DNA of 64,000 nucleotides from Podarcis vaucheri (Eukaryota), in NCBI GenBank assembly GCA_965113315.1, contig OZ220366.1; one strand, 5' to 3'. Both the position numbers and the translations under genes were made by a program. The notes under the pieces were generated by a model, which was not told the origin of the DNA, ran no database searches, and saw only the letters and a list, made by a program, of their open reading frames with translations. This document shows positions 15,401-30,400 of the stretch, piece by piece; position 1 is the first letter of the stretch; each line of letters begins with the position of its first letter.

Positions 15401-18400
15401 AACAAGGCATAAACTACCTGCAAGGGGGAAAGAAGTGGGAGAAACAAAACAGGAAAAATAATTCAGCAAACTTTTAAACTAAGTATACTAAAATGGTTTT
15501 TGCATATTTGCTTCCTTTACATTTTGTGATGAAGCTCTTTTCTCCATGAGCAACCTTCCCCACAATCCAGTCCTATGGGAAGGCCTTGCAGTACAGTCAT
15601 ACCTCGTGTTGCGTTATGTTCATGTTGTGTCTTTTCAGCTTGAGAACGCGGCAAACCCAGAAGTGTATACATCCAGGTTTCGCCGCATGTGCATACGCAG
15701 AAATGCTCTATCGCGCTCTGCGCAGAAGTGCCGCTCTAGTTGCAGACTTTTCGGGGTGCAAATGGCACCCCTGAACAGATCATGTCCGCAACTAGAGGTA
15801 GCACTGTACTCTGCAATTTGGGTGTGATCCCTGAATTCAGTGTAAAAATAATACTAGAAGGAAAATTTCAAGTATCGAAATATTAAAAATGAGATATTAC
15901 AAACCTCTGTAAGATATAGCACTTGTGATGCAGAAGGGCCGAAGAAAAGAGAATCAAGGGATGGACTAAGGCTGCTGTCTCCGAGTTTTGCATGGTCTAA
16001 ACAAATAGCTCTTAGTTTTTCTACAGTAGTGTTATCTGGAATAAAAGCACAATTTAAAGATGTTTCTTCCCACAGAGAATACAATATAGATTTCTGAAGC
16101 ACTTTTGAAAAGTGTAATACATTGAAACTGCAAAGGAATAGATAGCACTGAAGAACATGGAGAATTTTTGTCTTTTTTTCTTTGAAAATCACATTTTGCT
16201 TCAGTCCCAAGACAAATGCTGCAAACTGGAGAGATGGCATGCACTAGAAATTTTCCATGACCACCTCTTTCAGCATGTGTCTTCAAAGAACCCCAAAACC
16301 AGTTTGAGGAAAAGCAGCTTGATACTCGCTTTTGAACTTTCTGGAGTGGAAAGGGCAACAGTGTGTGTGCACTGCTTTTAAACACTCACACAGATGAATC
16401 CCCACACTGATTCTGAACATGGAGAGTTAAACATGCAGTTTGATTGTTTTGTACAGGTAGCTTCTAAGATGCTCTACATTTCACTTTCTATAAATAGAAA
16501 ATACACTGAAAATAAATCTTACCTGGTGGCATCAATTTCATAAGGATCCGTGCACCATCTCTAAGAGGTGGCATATTTAGGCTACAGCCTAGGTCTGCAA
16601 CTTGCCAAAGAAATGAGATATATCTAGGATGCAGTGACATGATCTAAAATAAAAGCAAAAACCTGTCATGAGATACCAGCTCCTAATATCAGATAATAAA
16701 TTTCAGTCTACAATTTTGAGTGTGTGTCTGTTCTTTACTTACAACTCCAGGCAAGCAACTTTCAACTTCTGGGTTTGGACCATCACTATAGTGATTGCCA
16801 TGGTTGCCTGGAGAACCAGTCGAGGAATCAGATGAGCTATCAGGGCTTGAAGGCATATTGGAACTTATCTGTGTAAGCTTGGCTGTAATTAGCTGGGGGG
16901 GTGGGGAGTAATAGAAAGTGATAAAATGGAGAGATTGTACAAAATTGTTAAAACAGTCACTTTCTAATAGCAAACTTGACTGAATATATCAAACTGTTAA
17001 TACTATAGCTACTCACAAAACATGCCATTATTTCAAATTATATTTATGCATTCATTTAACTTTCAACAGAGAACTTTCAAAAATAAGTAAGCTGATCAAT
17101 ATATGATATTTACAGTACTTACTGTTTTATCTTTGAGATTTAATTGTCCAATTAATTTTCTATCATCTGCTGGATCTACTAGCTCGCCTCCAATAAATAA
17201 CTCTACTTTTGTATGTGCACTGTTGGCTTTAATACGATTGAGAATGCAACGTCTAACTGAACCAATCGTGTCATTTGTATGGGACCAAACATCCAAGTCT
17301 TCCACTTGCCGGCCTTGATTTGGAAAACGAACTACCAGAGAGATGTGTTTACCACGAAAAGCTCTGAGAACAAAGATAAAGATAATACCACTTAAAACAA
17401 TCAAAAATCTTTAAAAGCGTTTACTACTGCCAGGGAGAATTATAGAACTAAATTTATATTGGGGCAATGACTTTAATAGGCCAGCCAAAATGTCACATTA
17501 GAACAATACCTAATAATTGTCCCAATAGCGGTATTTTGCTGACATAGTTGACTTTACTCGTTAAGATTTATTTTATTTTCAAAAGAGCACAACACTCCAA
17601 TAAAACTGGAATTCAGAAAATTTTGCTTACTTTTAAATAATCCTTCTACTTGTTTGCTAGACTAAAGGGGAATAAATCTGAAAAGGTTATCTACAGCATA
17701 TAATGAATGGATTATCTTTTGCCTTTATGTATGTGGCAAGGAAATCAGAAATATAAGATTTATGATTCTACAAATATACTGTACTAATATATTACACAGG
17801 CTATGTTATTTAAAAGTTTTTACACAATATGAGATGCATAGCAGAACCCTAACACCACAATTACTCAGAAAATTACTTAATATTGCATCCTAATTTACCA
17901 GAGTTTTGAAATTTCCACAAACCTTGACATTGGTAGAATTGTTCGTTCTTCGTGGTAATCACTGTCACATTCATTTATATATTCTTTTAAAACGGTCAAC
18001 ACTCGCACCATTCTTATCGCTTCTTGCCTTGCACAATTAATACTGTCTTTATCGCCATCCAAAACACACAAAGTATCATAGGATGCTTTCAAACGATCAA
18101 AGCAGGACTGAATGAAGTCTTCATGGATCACTACCTACAGAAATGCCAAGAGATTGCTATATCTCAACAAAACAATATAAAAGATCACAAGAGAGACAAA
18201 TTAATCCTACATCTGTAATTTGCAAGGATGACACTCCTGAGCAGAAGATTCCAGCAACACTAGTATTTTTAGCAGGCTTCATTCAGTGTGCCAACAGAAT
18301 TTTTGGAATGATGAAAATACATGGCAATTAACAACTTAAAAGACATTAGTTAGTATGAATTCCTATCTGAATGAAGAGCCAGCTAAAGAAGAAATGTATG

Positions 18401-21400
18401 CTCTCAAAGATTTACTTTTGTAAAATAGTCCTCAAGCAAAGCATACTAAGGAAGGAGACTTTCATCAATGAAAATGGTAGATGCTACCTATTTTTTAAAA
18501 ACAACAACAGTTTTTTTTCATAATTTTACCTGATTTACTTGCAATCTCGGACCAAGATTGGTATAGATTTCCTTTAGTAGATCTATTGCTCGACTGGCAA
18601 TGTCATCACTTCCTTGAATTACAACCTAAGACAGAAATATAAAGCATATACCACTTTAACTTAAGCATTATGGCCTATGAGAATAAAATCTCTAAGTGCA
18701 ATCTTGACAAAAATATGTATATAAAATCTACTGCAAATGGTCTTATGACCCATTCTTGGCTTCGATACAACACACAGTAATATTATTTCATTTATGAACT
18801 ATTTTCTATGAGGCATCCCAAAGTGATTTACAATTTTTTAAAAAGTCATTAGATTCATCTAACATATGACAACATCATACACACATAAAATAAATTTTCC
18901 CACCCTAGCCCATGAGATGAAGTTAAAGCAATACATCAGAAATAACATCCAAAGAACATAATAAGTCCTATCCCAGACAACTATTTACATAGAAAGCAAT
19001 ATACAATTTATGCTAATCAAAAAGTTTTATAATGTGAAGGGAGTCGGATGTTTTCAGTTTTAGCCACATATAATAACAAAGCTGTACCAATCAGTTGCAA
19101 ATTAATTTTATGGTTCAAACCTTGTGCCAATTTTATTTTATTAGTCTATTTTCCCCCAAATGCTATTTGCCATACATTATTGTACCAGTCTGTCAAAGAA
19201 ATGCCATCCGAGTTCTTCCAGTATCTCATTACAAGCCTGGCCAATAGTAAAAAATAACTTATCGGGGGTTTTAACTGTAAATTAGTGTTGCCTACCATTA
19301 AAAGATTGAGCAGTGAAGCTCTGAACATTTAGAGGTTAACTTGACCAGCAACTGTGATTTAAAATAGAACATATATAAAAACAAAACAACTGTATATATA
19401 GAAACAAATGTAAATGACAACTATAAATAACAAACTTAAAACAGTAGCACCTACATAAAATCAATTCAAATACAAAATAAATACCAATTGGAATAAAGAT
19501 TTTAGAAGGTTTGTAGAAAAAAAGGAATGTATTTGGAAGGTGCTGAAATGATAATGGAGAATGTGCCTATTTGATATGCAATGTGAAGGTTTTCAAAGTG
19601 TAGGTGGCCCAATTTTTACATTGTGTGGAACAGACCTCCTGGCAGGATGCTCTCTCCTGCAGAATGGGTATGTAGCAGATGAGGTGATCTTTTAGATACC
19701 CTGGTCCATAGTGTATATGGGCTTTGTACACCAATACCAGCACCTGGAACCTAGTCTGGTAGCTTACTGGCAGCCTGTGCAATTCTTTCAGCAGTGGTGT
19801 CATATAATGATATTCCACCACAGTCCAACTGCTGCATAGCTGCAGTTACTGGGTCAGTCTCAAGGGCAGCCCCAAATAGAATGCATTGCAGTAATCCAAT
19901 CTGGAGGTTACCAACATATGGATGACCGTGGTTGGGCTGCAATGATCCAGAAACAGATGCAGCTATCTTTCCAACTGAAGCTGGTGTACTGCACTCCTAG
20001 CTCCCGAGGTCACCTAGGCTTCTAGTGACAGAGATGGGTCCAGCAGCATCCCCACACTAAGAACCTGCTCCTTCAGGAGGATACAACCCATCCAAAGCAG
20101 GCAATTGGCCAATTATCCAGACTAGGAAATTGCTCATTCACAGCACCTCTGTATCGCCAGGATTCAGAGCCATAAACGCACCACCAAGCGCAGGCACCAG
20201 TCCAGGGCTTGTAAGGCTTCTTCCAATTCCAATTTTACAGAGAAATTGAGCTGGATGTTACAGAGAAATTGAGCTGGGTATCATCAATGTTTTCTGGACA
20301 CCTCCTCTGGAACTATATTAACAGTGATACCAAGTTCTGCACAAATATGAGCAACCATACCCTGCAAGTGCCTTGCAGCATTGTCAAAGCACATCTCCAA
20401 GAACTGTACCTTAGGACTAGATTTCAATAGCCCATTTACCCCTCAGGATGGCTACTTGAGGATGCAATAGTGGCACAGAAGCAGGCTTTCTTAGCTTCCA
20501 TCACCAGCATACAGTAGGTATTATTATGTGCTTTCACCTGTGCTCAGTCATTTTTCATTTATAAAACTCGCTATATTCCCTGGAGTTCCCTTGAAAGCCA
20601 GGGCACCATTGGGATCTATAGCACCAAAGGACACATAGAAGTGTTTGTGTCAATGACACTTTCCATTGTGAGACCAGGGACTTGGCAGGAGCACTAGATA
20701 ATGCCATATGGAAAATCCCCCAAGTCCAGGGGCAAAGCTGCTGATTAAGTACTCCACTCCTGCAGGCTAAAGGCAAATGGTTGCTCCATAACAGGGTAAT
20801 GCAAACATACCCCTACCCCGCCCTACAATACCAATCCATCTACCAGTCATCCTTTTGTAAATAAAAGATCAAGGCTATGTCCTGTTATTTGTCAGGTCAA
20901 TTCTGTACTGAGGCAGCCCCTTGGTTGCCATGGCAGCCATAATGTCCCAAGTCAGCATGGATTTTGAAATCACCAAGTCTGGGAATTTTCCAAGCCTACA
21001 CCCAAGACTACTTCTGCCAGTTTGGGTAGTGAGACAGCTGGACTAATTGAACAGAGGAAGAAAATGAGAGCAAACTACATAATTGGCAGCTTTCCTGACA
21101 CTGATTGCCATTCCTACAGAGAGAGCACTCCTTTTACAGTGTGACAGCAACGAACTACCAAAGCCACAGTTGCAACCTGATACTCCACATATATAACGAT
21201 GACTTCAGGAAGCATTGTGTAGCTGCATGGACATAGCAGACTTCTGCAGCAGCACTAGAAAGAATAAGTATCTGTGGCAACCTCATATCCAACATCAAAT
21301 GAGTTTTTCACCAAGCCATGTGCCGATTTTGCACTTTGTACAAATCACAGCGTATCAAAATAGGCAACGCGTAGCTGAAGTACACAGTAGAACTCACATG

Positions 21401-24400
21401 TAATAACAGTTGCAGAACTTTTATTTCAATGGCCTAACCATACAAAGCAACTTTTTTGTCAAATTACTATAAACTACAACTTGAGTGGGGACGCGGGTGG
21501 CACTGTGGGTAAAACCTCAGCGCCTAGGGCTTGCCGATCGCATGGTCAGCGGTTCGAATCCCCGCGGCAGGGTGAGCTCCCGTCTTTCGGTCCCAGCTCC
21601 TGCCCACCTAGCAGTTCGAAAGCACCCTTAAGTGCAAGTAGATAAATAGGTACCCCTTTTATAGTGGGAAGGTAAACAGCGTTTCCGTGTGCTGCGCTGG
21701 TGCTGGCTCGCCAGAGCAGCTTCATCACGCTGGCCACGTGACCCGGAAGTGTCTCCGGACAGCGCTGCCCCCCGGCCTCTTAAGTGAGATGGGTGCACAA
21801 CCATAGAGTCGGACACGACTGGCCCGTACGGGCAGGGGTACCTTTACCTTTACCTTTACAACTTGAGTAAGTTAGATGTACTTTTACACTTACCCTCCAA
21901 AGGTAATCTAATCCTATTAACTCCAAGTCATCCATCATATAGGCTCGTCTCTTTGCAACTAGCTTCCCTTCTCGACAGTTCACAGCTTTGAAGAAACGTT
22001 CAAAACATTTCATTCCATTTTCTGTTAAGAGTGAAGGGTCCAACTGAAGAACATTGTTTTCAAAGAAGTCTTTATTTATGTCAGGGTCTAAATCCGGTTC
22101 ATCTCCCATGAGTTTAGAATACCATTTAAAACAGGCTTCACGATCACACAGGTAGACTGCATTTTCAGCTAAACACTTCCATATTTGTTTTGCCTGAGGA
22201 GCACAGAGCCATAGTTGACCATCCTTCAGTAAAAATCTAGAATGAAACAGAGAGAAACAAGAAGTCATTAAAATTAGAAATGTCGCTCTAATTCTATGAA
22301 TTAACACTTGAAACTCAGTAGCTGATGCTGTTTTCAACTGTTCTCCAATGTATTCATACATTCTGGAATATTCCTCAATCACAGAAAAGAGAACAATCTA
22401 CCGTATTTTTCGCTCTATAGGACGCACTTTTCCCCCTCAAAAAATGAAGGGGAAATGTGTGTGCGTCCTATGGAGCAAATGCAGGCTTCAGGAAGCTATC
22501 CATAAGCCTTCGGAGTGCTGCGGGAATGCCTGTGGGCTCCGAAGGCTTGCAGATAGCAGCCTGCAGCCTGAAGCCCGGGGAGCGCAGTGCCAACTCCCAC
22601 TGCGCTCCCTGGGCTTCAAGCAGCTATCCGCAAACCTTCGGAGCGCTCCCCCAGCCTGCAAGCTCCGGGAGCGGTGGCAAGGCTGCACAACCTTGCCTCT
22701 GCTATGAGACGTGTTCTGGGGGCTGGGGTCGGGGGAAGCTCGGGCTTTCCCCGCCCCAGCCCCGCGGCTAAAAACGAAGCCACACGCAATTCTCCCGGCT
22801 GGAGAGGTTGTGTGTAGCTAAAGAGGAAGCCATGACATCCAGCGGGATGAATCCCGCTGGCTGTATTGGCTTCTTTGCTGTTTGGGGCGGGGGGGGGGAT
22901 AAAAAAAATTATTTAAACCCCCCCCCCAAAAAAACCTAGGTGCGCCCTATGGTCTGGTGTTCCCTATGGAGCAAAAAATACGGTATCCGGATTAAATAAT
23001 ATGCATATTATAAACTTGACATTTCACACAACTACTCTGTACATAAATGTCAGTCACATACTGACATGTGTAAGCAGGTAAAAGATGTTAGAATCCCAAC
23101 TATAAAAGAAAATTTGAGTTAAGCAAACAGATTGCCTTTGTATCATGCTAAGCAGCCTAGATAAATAGGTATTATGTACTTTTTTGGACTAGTTGGCTGG
23201 TTCAATTTCATTGAACATCCTTCAGTCCTACAAAAAAAATCCCAGCTATTGATTTCCCGTAGATGCATCTCTCAGTACTATAAGCAGGAAAATGCTTCAA
23301 TAACTATCCAAAGCAGAATAGAGCAGTAAAGAAAATTGTGTACAAATTGCATAGAGAAAATTGTGTGAATTTCACACAGAGCCTAACTACTGTGTCCAAA
23401 GAACAATTCTTCTATCCAGTGGTCACACATGGATAAATAAAGGTATCCTTCCCCCATTAATCCCAGCTGATACGTTTCACACCTAGAAGAAACATGAGTA
23501 GTATCAGCCATAATCAGAACGTTTACCATTCCTCTCATGGTGTTATCTACTGTGAATATTTAGGGGGGAAATGCTTTGTTATGCTTTTGATTACAACTGT
23601 ATCTTCTTCAGAAGTGTTAAATAAAACATCCACCATCATAGTTAAGAATACGTGTGCTCTGATCTTAGTAGATTATTCTGGGCTTATCTCACCTAATATT
23701 CAAGGCTTTTTTCTTTTAGCCAAGTGGTGTGTGTGTGTGTGTAAGCAGTAAGTATAGGGATGTCAGAGTAAACTTAAGTGAGGAACCTTGTCTGTGGAAT
23801 GGCCACTTGTCTAGAAATATTCATTCTCTATATTTTCAAACCGTAAGAACATTAGAACTTGTACATGAGTCATCTCTTTCCTTGACTGAGGTACTGCATG
23901 CCTCTTTCTAATCCCTTGTATATGGAAAGGTTTCTAGTGTTATCACATATCATTGCTGTCCTACCATCAGAAAACCTGCTCCTTCAAACATGTTTTGATG
24001 AAACAAGGGGTATGTCTGCATCAGCTGTATCAGACTAAAAAGTGTACCAGTACACTCTCTGCCCCTATTCTTCTGGGGGCAGCAGAGCAATTAAGGAGTA
24101 ACTCAACTAGTTAGAATAAAGGTCATCAGTGCTTGCACTAGGAGCAAGAGAGAGCTGGTATGTGGATAAATGAAAGCAGCCAGTGAGTCTTCATCTGTGA
24201 CATGGGAATGAGACAAATAAAGGGATTGTGCATTCTAGCTGGTAGACCTGGAACTAAAGAGCATGCAAGAGGAACTTGTTTCTAGCCATGTGCCTTACTG
24301 CGACCTTGTCTAGAAATAGATTCAGCCACAAGACAAATATCATTTTGTAGATCAGCTGTTCTCAACAGCAAAATGGGGCATTCATTTTTTGCTTTTTGAA

Positions 24401-27400
24401 TAGCATAGATTGCTACTTTTACACCCAATGTAAAGCAAGTATCACTAAAACCAACCGTAGGAAGTTCAGACGTTCTTGGACTTCTTGCACATGACTGTAT
24501 CTACTCCCAGGTCTTACAGTTTGTGGATCGTATTCTCCATGCTCTGAAAATTTAATACAAAATATTATAATACTTTTTTTTAATCCAACAGCAAAACCTT
24601 TTCAATTTTTCTTTAAAGGACGTGCCATTATGTCCAAGAAAGTGCTTAGGATTGCATACATTATAAAGTTTCATATCCAGTCTTATCTATTAAAAGAGTA
24701 TTTAAAATTAGTGATGGCTTTTCTATTTGAAAGGTATATGCAAAGTTTACATTCCAACAACAAAATTACTTTGGAAAATTATCAGAAACTACCCAATATT
24801 AGATACCATATTTGCAGCAAATGTTGAAATTAACTTTTCCAGAAGTAGTTAAGCAAAATGTGGGAGATATAAATTTCAATCACAGCACATTTTATAGCTA
24901 TTGTAAAAATACACAAATGTACACAAAATTGGCAGCATTGCCAATAAAATAATTCTGCCCCTCCCCACGTATTTGCTTAAATATGTACAGTTGGGTCTGG
25001 AAAAATACCTAAAGTAGAATCTAGGTGGAAGGTGACTTTCCCACTTCCTTCAGCATATAAAGAGGAAATAAATAGCAATATATCTCATAGTGTAGTTCTA
25101 GACAAAATTAAATTTAACTCACCTTTAGCATACTGTCTCATGCTTTCCATATACGCTGAAAGATTTTCTGCAACTAAAGTTACTAGAGCATGATTGTGCT
25201 GAAGTTGATTGATTAAGTCATGGCGATAAAACACATGGGGGCTTCGCTGAGTTTGACTGCAGTTTAAACACACATCAAAGTGTTACAAGTCCTGTTACTG
25301 AGAGTTTCAAACAATCCATTCCAAATAGCTACCATATTGAAAAACTATGCACACTCCCTCCCAAAGCTCCTAATCCCCTTAGATATGAGAGGGGTTTGGG
25401 GACTTGAGCAGACCAATTAGTTCTCCCCAGTTCTGTCTCTTTTATTTTCAATAAATGCATTAAAATTCTGTATCTCAACTTCTCTCAACCATAGCAATGA
25501 CATACTCATGCAGACTGCCAAGCTTCAGATTGCCCTTTAAGTCTTTATTCCCCCTACCCCAAGACAAGAGCTTCCCACAGAAAACACCGAAAAAAATCCA
25601 GTATTTTAGTATAATTGTGATTGGGCAACAGTGCCCTCACCCCAAGGTAACAGCAAAGACATGAGTTCTTGTCTTCAACATTCAGTGTGAAACAAGTTCC
25701 ATCTTCAGACAACTGAGTGAGTTACTCCCAATTTTCTGGCTTCTATAGGCTTCAGCTTTACGAATGCCATAAGCCAATTTAACTGAAAGGAATGACCAGT
25801 GAGAACCAAGGGGAAATAATCTGATCGTCAGGCAGGAGAGAGAAAATTGAGGAGACTGCGCTTGCCTCCCAGAGTTCTTTGCTCTCCTGCCTCCGTCACG
25901 TGATTAGAAAAGTTACCCAACCCATCCATCTGGGTCATCAGCAACCGCCTCAAATGGAATTGCATCCATTATGTATTAATATTTCCCATTATATTTCAGC
26001 AATACTAATGGATTATGTGAACTGTGTACCCTTTTTTCTAGCCCAACACATTAAAGAAATGAAAAGATTATTTTAAAGTCTCACCTCAAGTTTTGTGGTG
26101 CTTCACCAAACAAACTACAAATTTCCCTAATTTGTTTCAATGCAGGAATGACCCATTTATCATTTGTGCGAAGCTCTTCTATAAAACGATCTATCCATTG
26201 TATTTTTTGTGTATCTCGATCCTTAAAAAACAAATATTTTTATTTTAGCTTGCAACAATTAAGTAATTTTAAAGTGGTTTATCCATTTCTGGCTCCCTGT
26301 TTTAAATACTTTGGAACTGAATCATTAGGTTAGAAAACAGCCTACTAGAGAAGTTAACCAACAAACTCAAAAGAGAACAGGTAGAAGCAAAGGAGGGCAC
26401 CTTCAGCCCAATATGGGTCTCCTTCATCACATGCACAGCACAAAAGGACAATGACCAACCCTCCCCTGCAACATCTAATATCATTTGTTTTTATCCCTTT
26501 GGTGTCTGCTGCCCTGGTATCCTTTTGAGAGTAGGGCTGGGTACAAATTCAATACATAAATAATATGGACACCATGGCAAGCTCTCATTAACACTAATCA
26601 AAAGGGAGGAAGACAAAGTGAAGCTGAAAGGGAGGGAGAACATATGCCAGCCCATAGCTTGCTCATAATCCTCTAAGCCATGGTTAGGAGTAGCATCTGA
26701 AACGAGCTTTTTGATATCTACCCTCTTCCTTTATTTTTGTGAAAATAATACAACAGTCTTAATGCCACTATAGTATCAAATCCCAGTGTTAATACCAATG
26801 GGACTATGGATTATTGGGACATACATGAATTAACCTTGTGTTCACAAGTTCCCTTCATCATATGCTCTAATTTCAATAAGTTCCATCACCAAAAACAATT
26901 TCTTGTTACATCTGAACTGCCAAACTATGATTTTCATAACCCCTCTAAACCAGGGATGCAATCCTAGTCTGAAAGAATTCAACAGCAAGGTCACCATTTC
27001 ATATTTAACAGCAAACTAGGAGAGAGAAAGGTAGGAATACACAAGCATAATGTCAGCCAACCCAAAGATAATGACTACCAAACAGAATATATTTACCTGA
27101 GAACAACTATAATCTAAGATTTTAATGTGGGCACTGAGAGCCTGGTCCATGATATCAACTGGAACATCATCACTATGTGCTAAATTCCATAGAAGGTTCA
27201 GTACTTTGTGCGCCATCACACCATCTTTATCATCTTCTGCAAGACGACGAATTAACTCAAGTAGCTTTTCACGCTGCTTTTTGCTTGCATTTGTCCAACT
27301 TGCCTAGAAAATAAAGGGACACCACCAGAATATTTTAATGTGGCCTGAAAATCAAAGGTATGTGAATTGAAATACTAAAAGTGTTAAAATTAAGTTATAT

Positions 27401-30400
27401 TGTCAAAATGCAAATTAAGATATGATGGTAATTCTACTGTTCTTTCCAGTAACACCAATTAGAATGTCAGCACTGAGTAGCTTACCAAAAACTGGAAGAA
27501 CTAAGCTATTTTTAGATCATTTTCAAATACTTCACTTGAATGGATTTGTAATCAGTAATAATATTAATTGTTCAGTGACTGCATTTCACAGTAATAGGAA
27601 ATAATAGGAAGTCAGACAGAAAGGCCTCTTCTTCCATTCAAAATAAATCCATGGCCCTGCTTCAGCAGAAGAGCAGAAGCCAAGCAAAATTTACTTCATT
27701 ACCCAAGATTGTTAAGAATTGCCCTACTGAATCAGGACAAAGTCCCATCGACACCAGCATCAACTTCTAAGTGGCCAAACAGACTATGGGAAGTTCACAC
27801 ACAGTAGATGAGCACAATCTGCACTTGTGAATACCAGCAACAGGTATTCAAAAGCGTACTGCTTGCAACAATGGATGCCATACATAGCCTCCGTGGCTAG
27901 CAGCTATTGATGGCCTCATCCTCCATGAATTTGCCTACTCTTTTAAAATCATCCAAATTGGTGGTCATCTCTACACCTTCTAGGAGTGAATTCTGTTGTT
28001 TATGCCTTAAGTGAAATAATACTTCATTTTGCCCATCTAGAATCACTGGATTTTGCCCATCATTAGCTTCACTGGATGGCCCTGGATTCTACTATTATGA
28101 GAGGGTGAAAAAGAAGCATTGTTCATGAGTGTGAAGGGGATATCTGTGTGCACATAAATCTGCTGTCGTTATAGGACTTCAGCACCACCTGGTGGTTGAT
28201 GGCGAAACTGCTGCTCAAACAAAGACTTCCTTTGTTGCATTCTCCCACGAGCCCTCAATTTTACTGTAAGTCCAAACATCCCAGAGGACTGGACAGAAAA
28301 TACGGTTTCTTGACCCCCTTCATCCTTTGAAAATTCATCTTCCACCCACTAAAACATGCACACTAAGCACTGAGAGGCTGCTTTTCCACATGACGAAACA
28401 TAACATTTGCTCCTCCCAATTCGATGAAGTACAAAAAACTCAGGCCTCTGGAGGAGCTTAGCCTATCCCCAAGTTCAGTGAAAGTAAAGCACTGAAGGAA
28501 TAGTAAAGTTCCTTCATTACCAGGAACTCCCACTGTTGACCCTGAGGCTGTCCCTTGCTCCAATTATTAACAGCAGATTAATATGTATGCTTACCTTGAA
28601 ACAATCAAATAGGTGGTCAAGTTGTTCAGGAGAGAAATCCCAGGCCAGTTTTGCAAGGAGGTCATGTACATTCTTCACAATGGCTTCATGTTTTCCTGCC
28701 TTGATAAGAAAGAGTTAACACCATTTACTGCTATCTCTACAAAAGACAGGATTGTCTTTATTTTTCTGAGACTCTATTACAGCCATTTCCCCACATGGTA
28801 TCCTACAAAGTGGAATTGACCTGCACTTACAGTGACCTTAGAACAATTCTTGTAAAACTAGCACTGTTCTCATCCTGTTCTCATTTTTCTATGGCAGGTT
28901 GGAAAAGATAGCTTATATAATACCTCAGACTTTAAACTGCACTTATCTCTTGCTCTCTTGACTTTTTCAATTCCTATTCTTTAAAACCCTTTTGGCTTTT
29001 TATTTACAAAATCGATACTCTATATAAAGAGGCTATATGATCAGTTTACAGATCATCATTACATTTCCCAAAGAAAGGTACAGCCAATAGTTGATACTCC
29101 TTCATATTTCTAACGCACATTTGCTTTTGAACATTTAAGCTAATAAAAATTGGGTTTTTTAATTTACACTTTAGAATTGCAACTGACTTAGAGCAACCGC
29201 AACACTAGGCTTAAATCTTCCTGTTCCAAAACATTAATAGAACTTAACTAGCCAAGTTTGAAAAAGGAGGCAATTAGAACTATGACCACAATGTCAGCTC
29301 AATCTACTAGACCCATTTAACTTAATAATAATAATATTTATATGGCATTCTCAGTGTGCATGGCACTTCACAGAGCAACAAGATGATAAATTCCTGCTCC
29401 AAGAAGCTTACCATACACAAAACAGAGAAAGGAAAGGCAAGATAAATCAAAGAATATGCAATTGTTTCAGTTATATGTGTTTATGCCATAGGGAATGGAA
29501 ACAGGGGTTGATCAAAAGGCAAAACCTACAATGATTAACTTCTTAAATTTGATGACCCAAGAAAAAAGAGCACACCAATAATTCATCAGGTTTCCTGTGC
29601 CACGTTTAGCTTCCTTCTTTTGGTAGCACAGCATATGTGAACTAACCAAAAGTTTGTGTCCACCACAGAAGAACATAACATAATAAACTATGGTATTTGC
29701 AGAGAGACTGACGAATTATACTTTAACACCTGTATCACAAATTATAAGTAACTCCAACTCATGCATGATAAGTAGTTCAAGATAAACTGCTCTCACTCAA
29801 GGTGACAGTTGTTTAGGCCCTACCTGTGCAGCCCAAATGTTGTCAAGGTCTTGCAAGGTGAGGGCCTTTTCTTTGATGACAAAACGAAGAATTTTCTCTA
29901 ATTTTTCTACATATTGAGGCTGATGTAGACTATCCCTTAACACAATCGATAAGATATTATTCTGTTGAATCCACTCCTAAATTTAAGAAGGTAAAAAAAA
30001 TTTCAGATGACAGTAAGCAGCACATTATAAACACGCCCAAAAAATGAAAGTCAAACTTGTTTTTCTAACAATATGGAACAGGGGGTCCAACTCTGACCAC
30101 CAGAGTTTATCTTATTCATAAGCAATGTTATCTACTGGCAATTCCACATTTTACACTATTCAGGCGCAATATACTATATAGGCATGTAAGCAGATACCAA
30201 AAGTAATGCCAAGAACCAGCTATTTGGCAGAAGCATCAAAAGCCATTTCACAGAAGTGTCAAAAGGGAGATGCTTGTTACACCAGGGGTGGCTAACCTAT
30301 GGCCCTCCAGATGTTGAACTACAATTCCCATCAACCCCTGGCCATTGACCATGCTGGCTGCAGTTGATGGGAGTTACGAGTACACCTGGTTACCTATCTT

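Noticed and set aside
21487-21570. tRNA-like A/B boxes suggesting a tRNA gene (also ~6050-6116)
   Set aside because: These are SINE heads continuing into SINE bodies and tails, not a cloverleaf with terminator.
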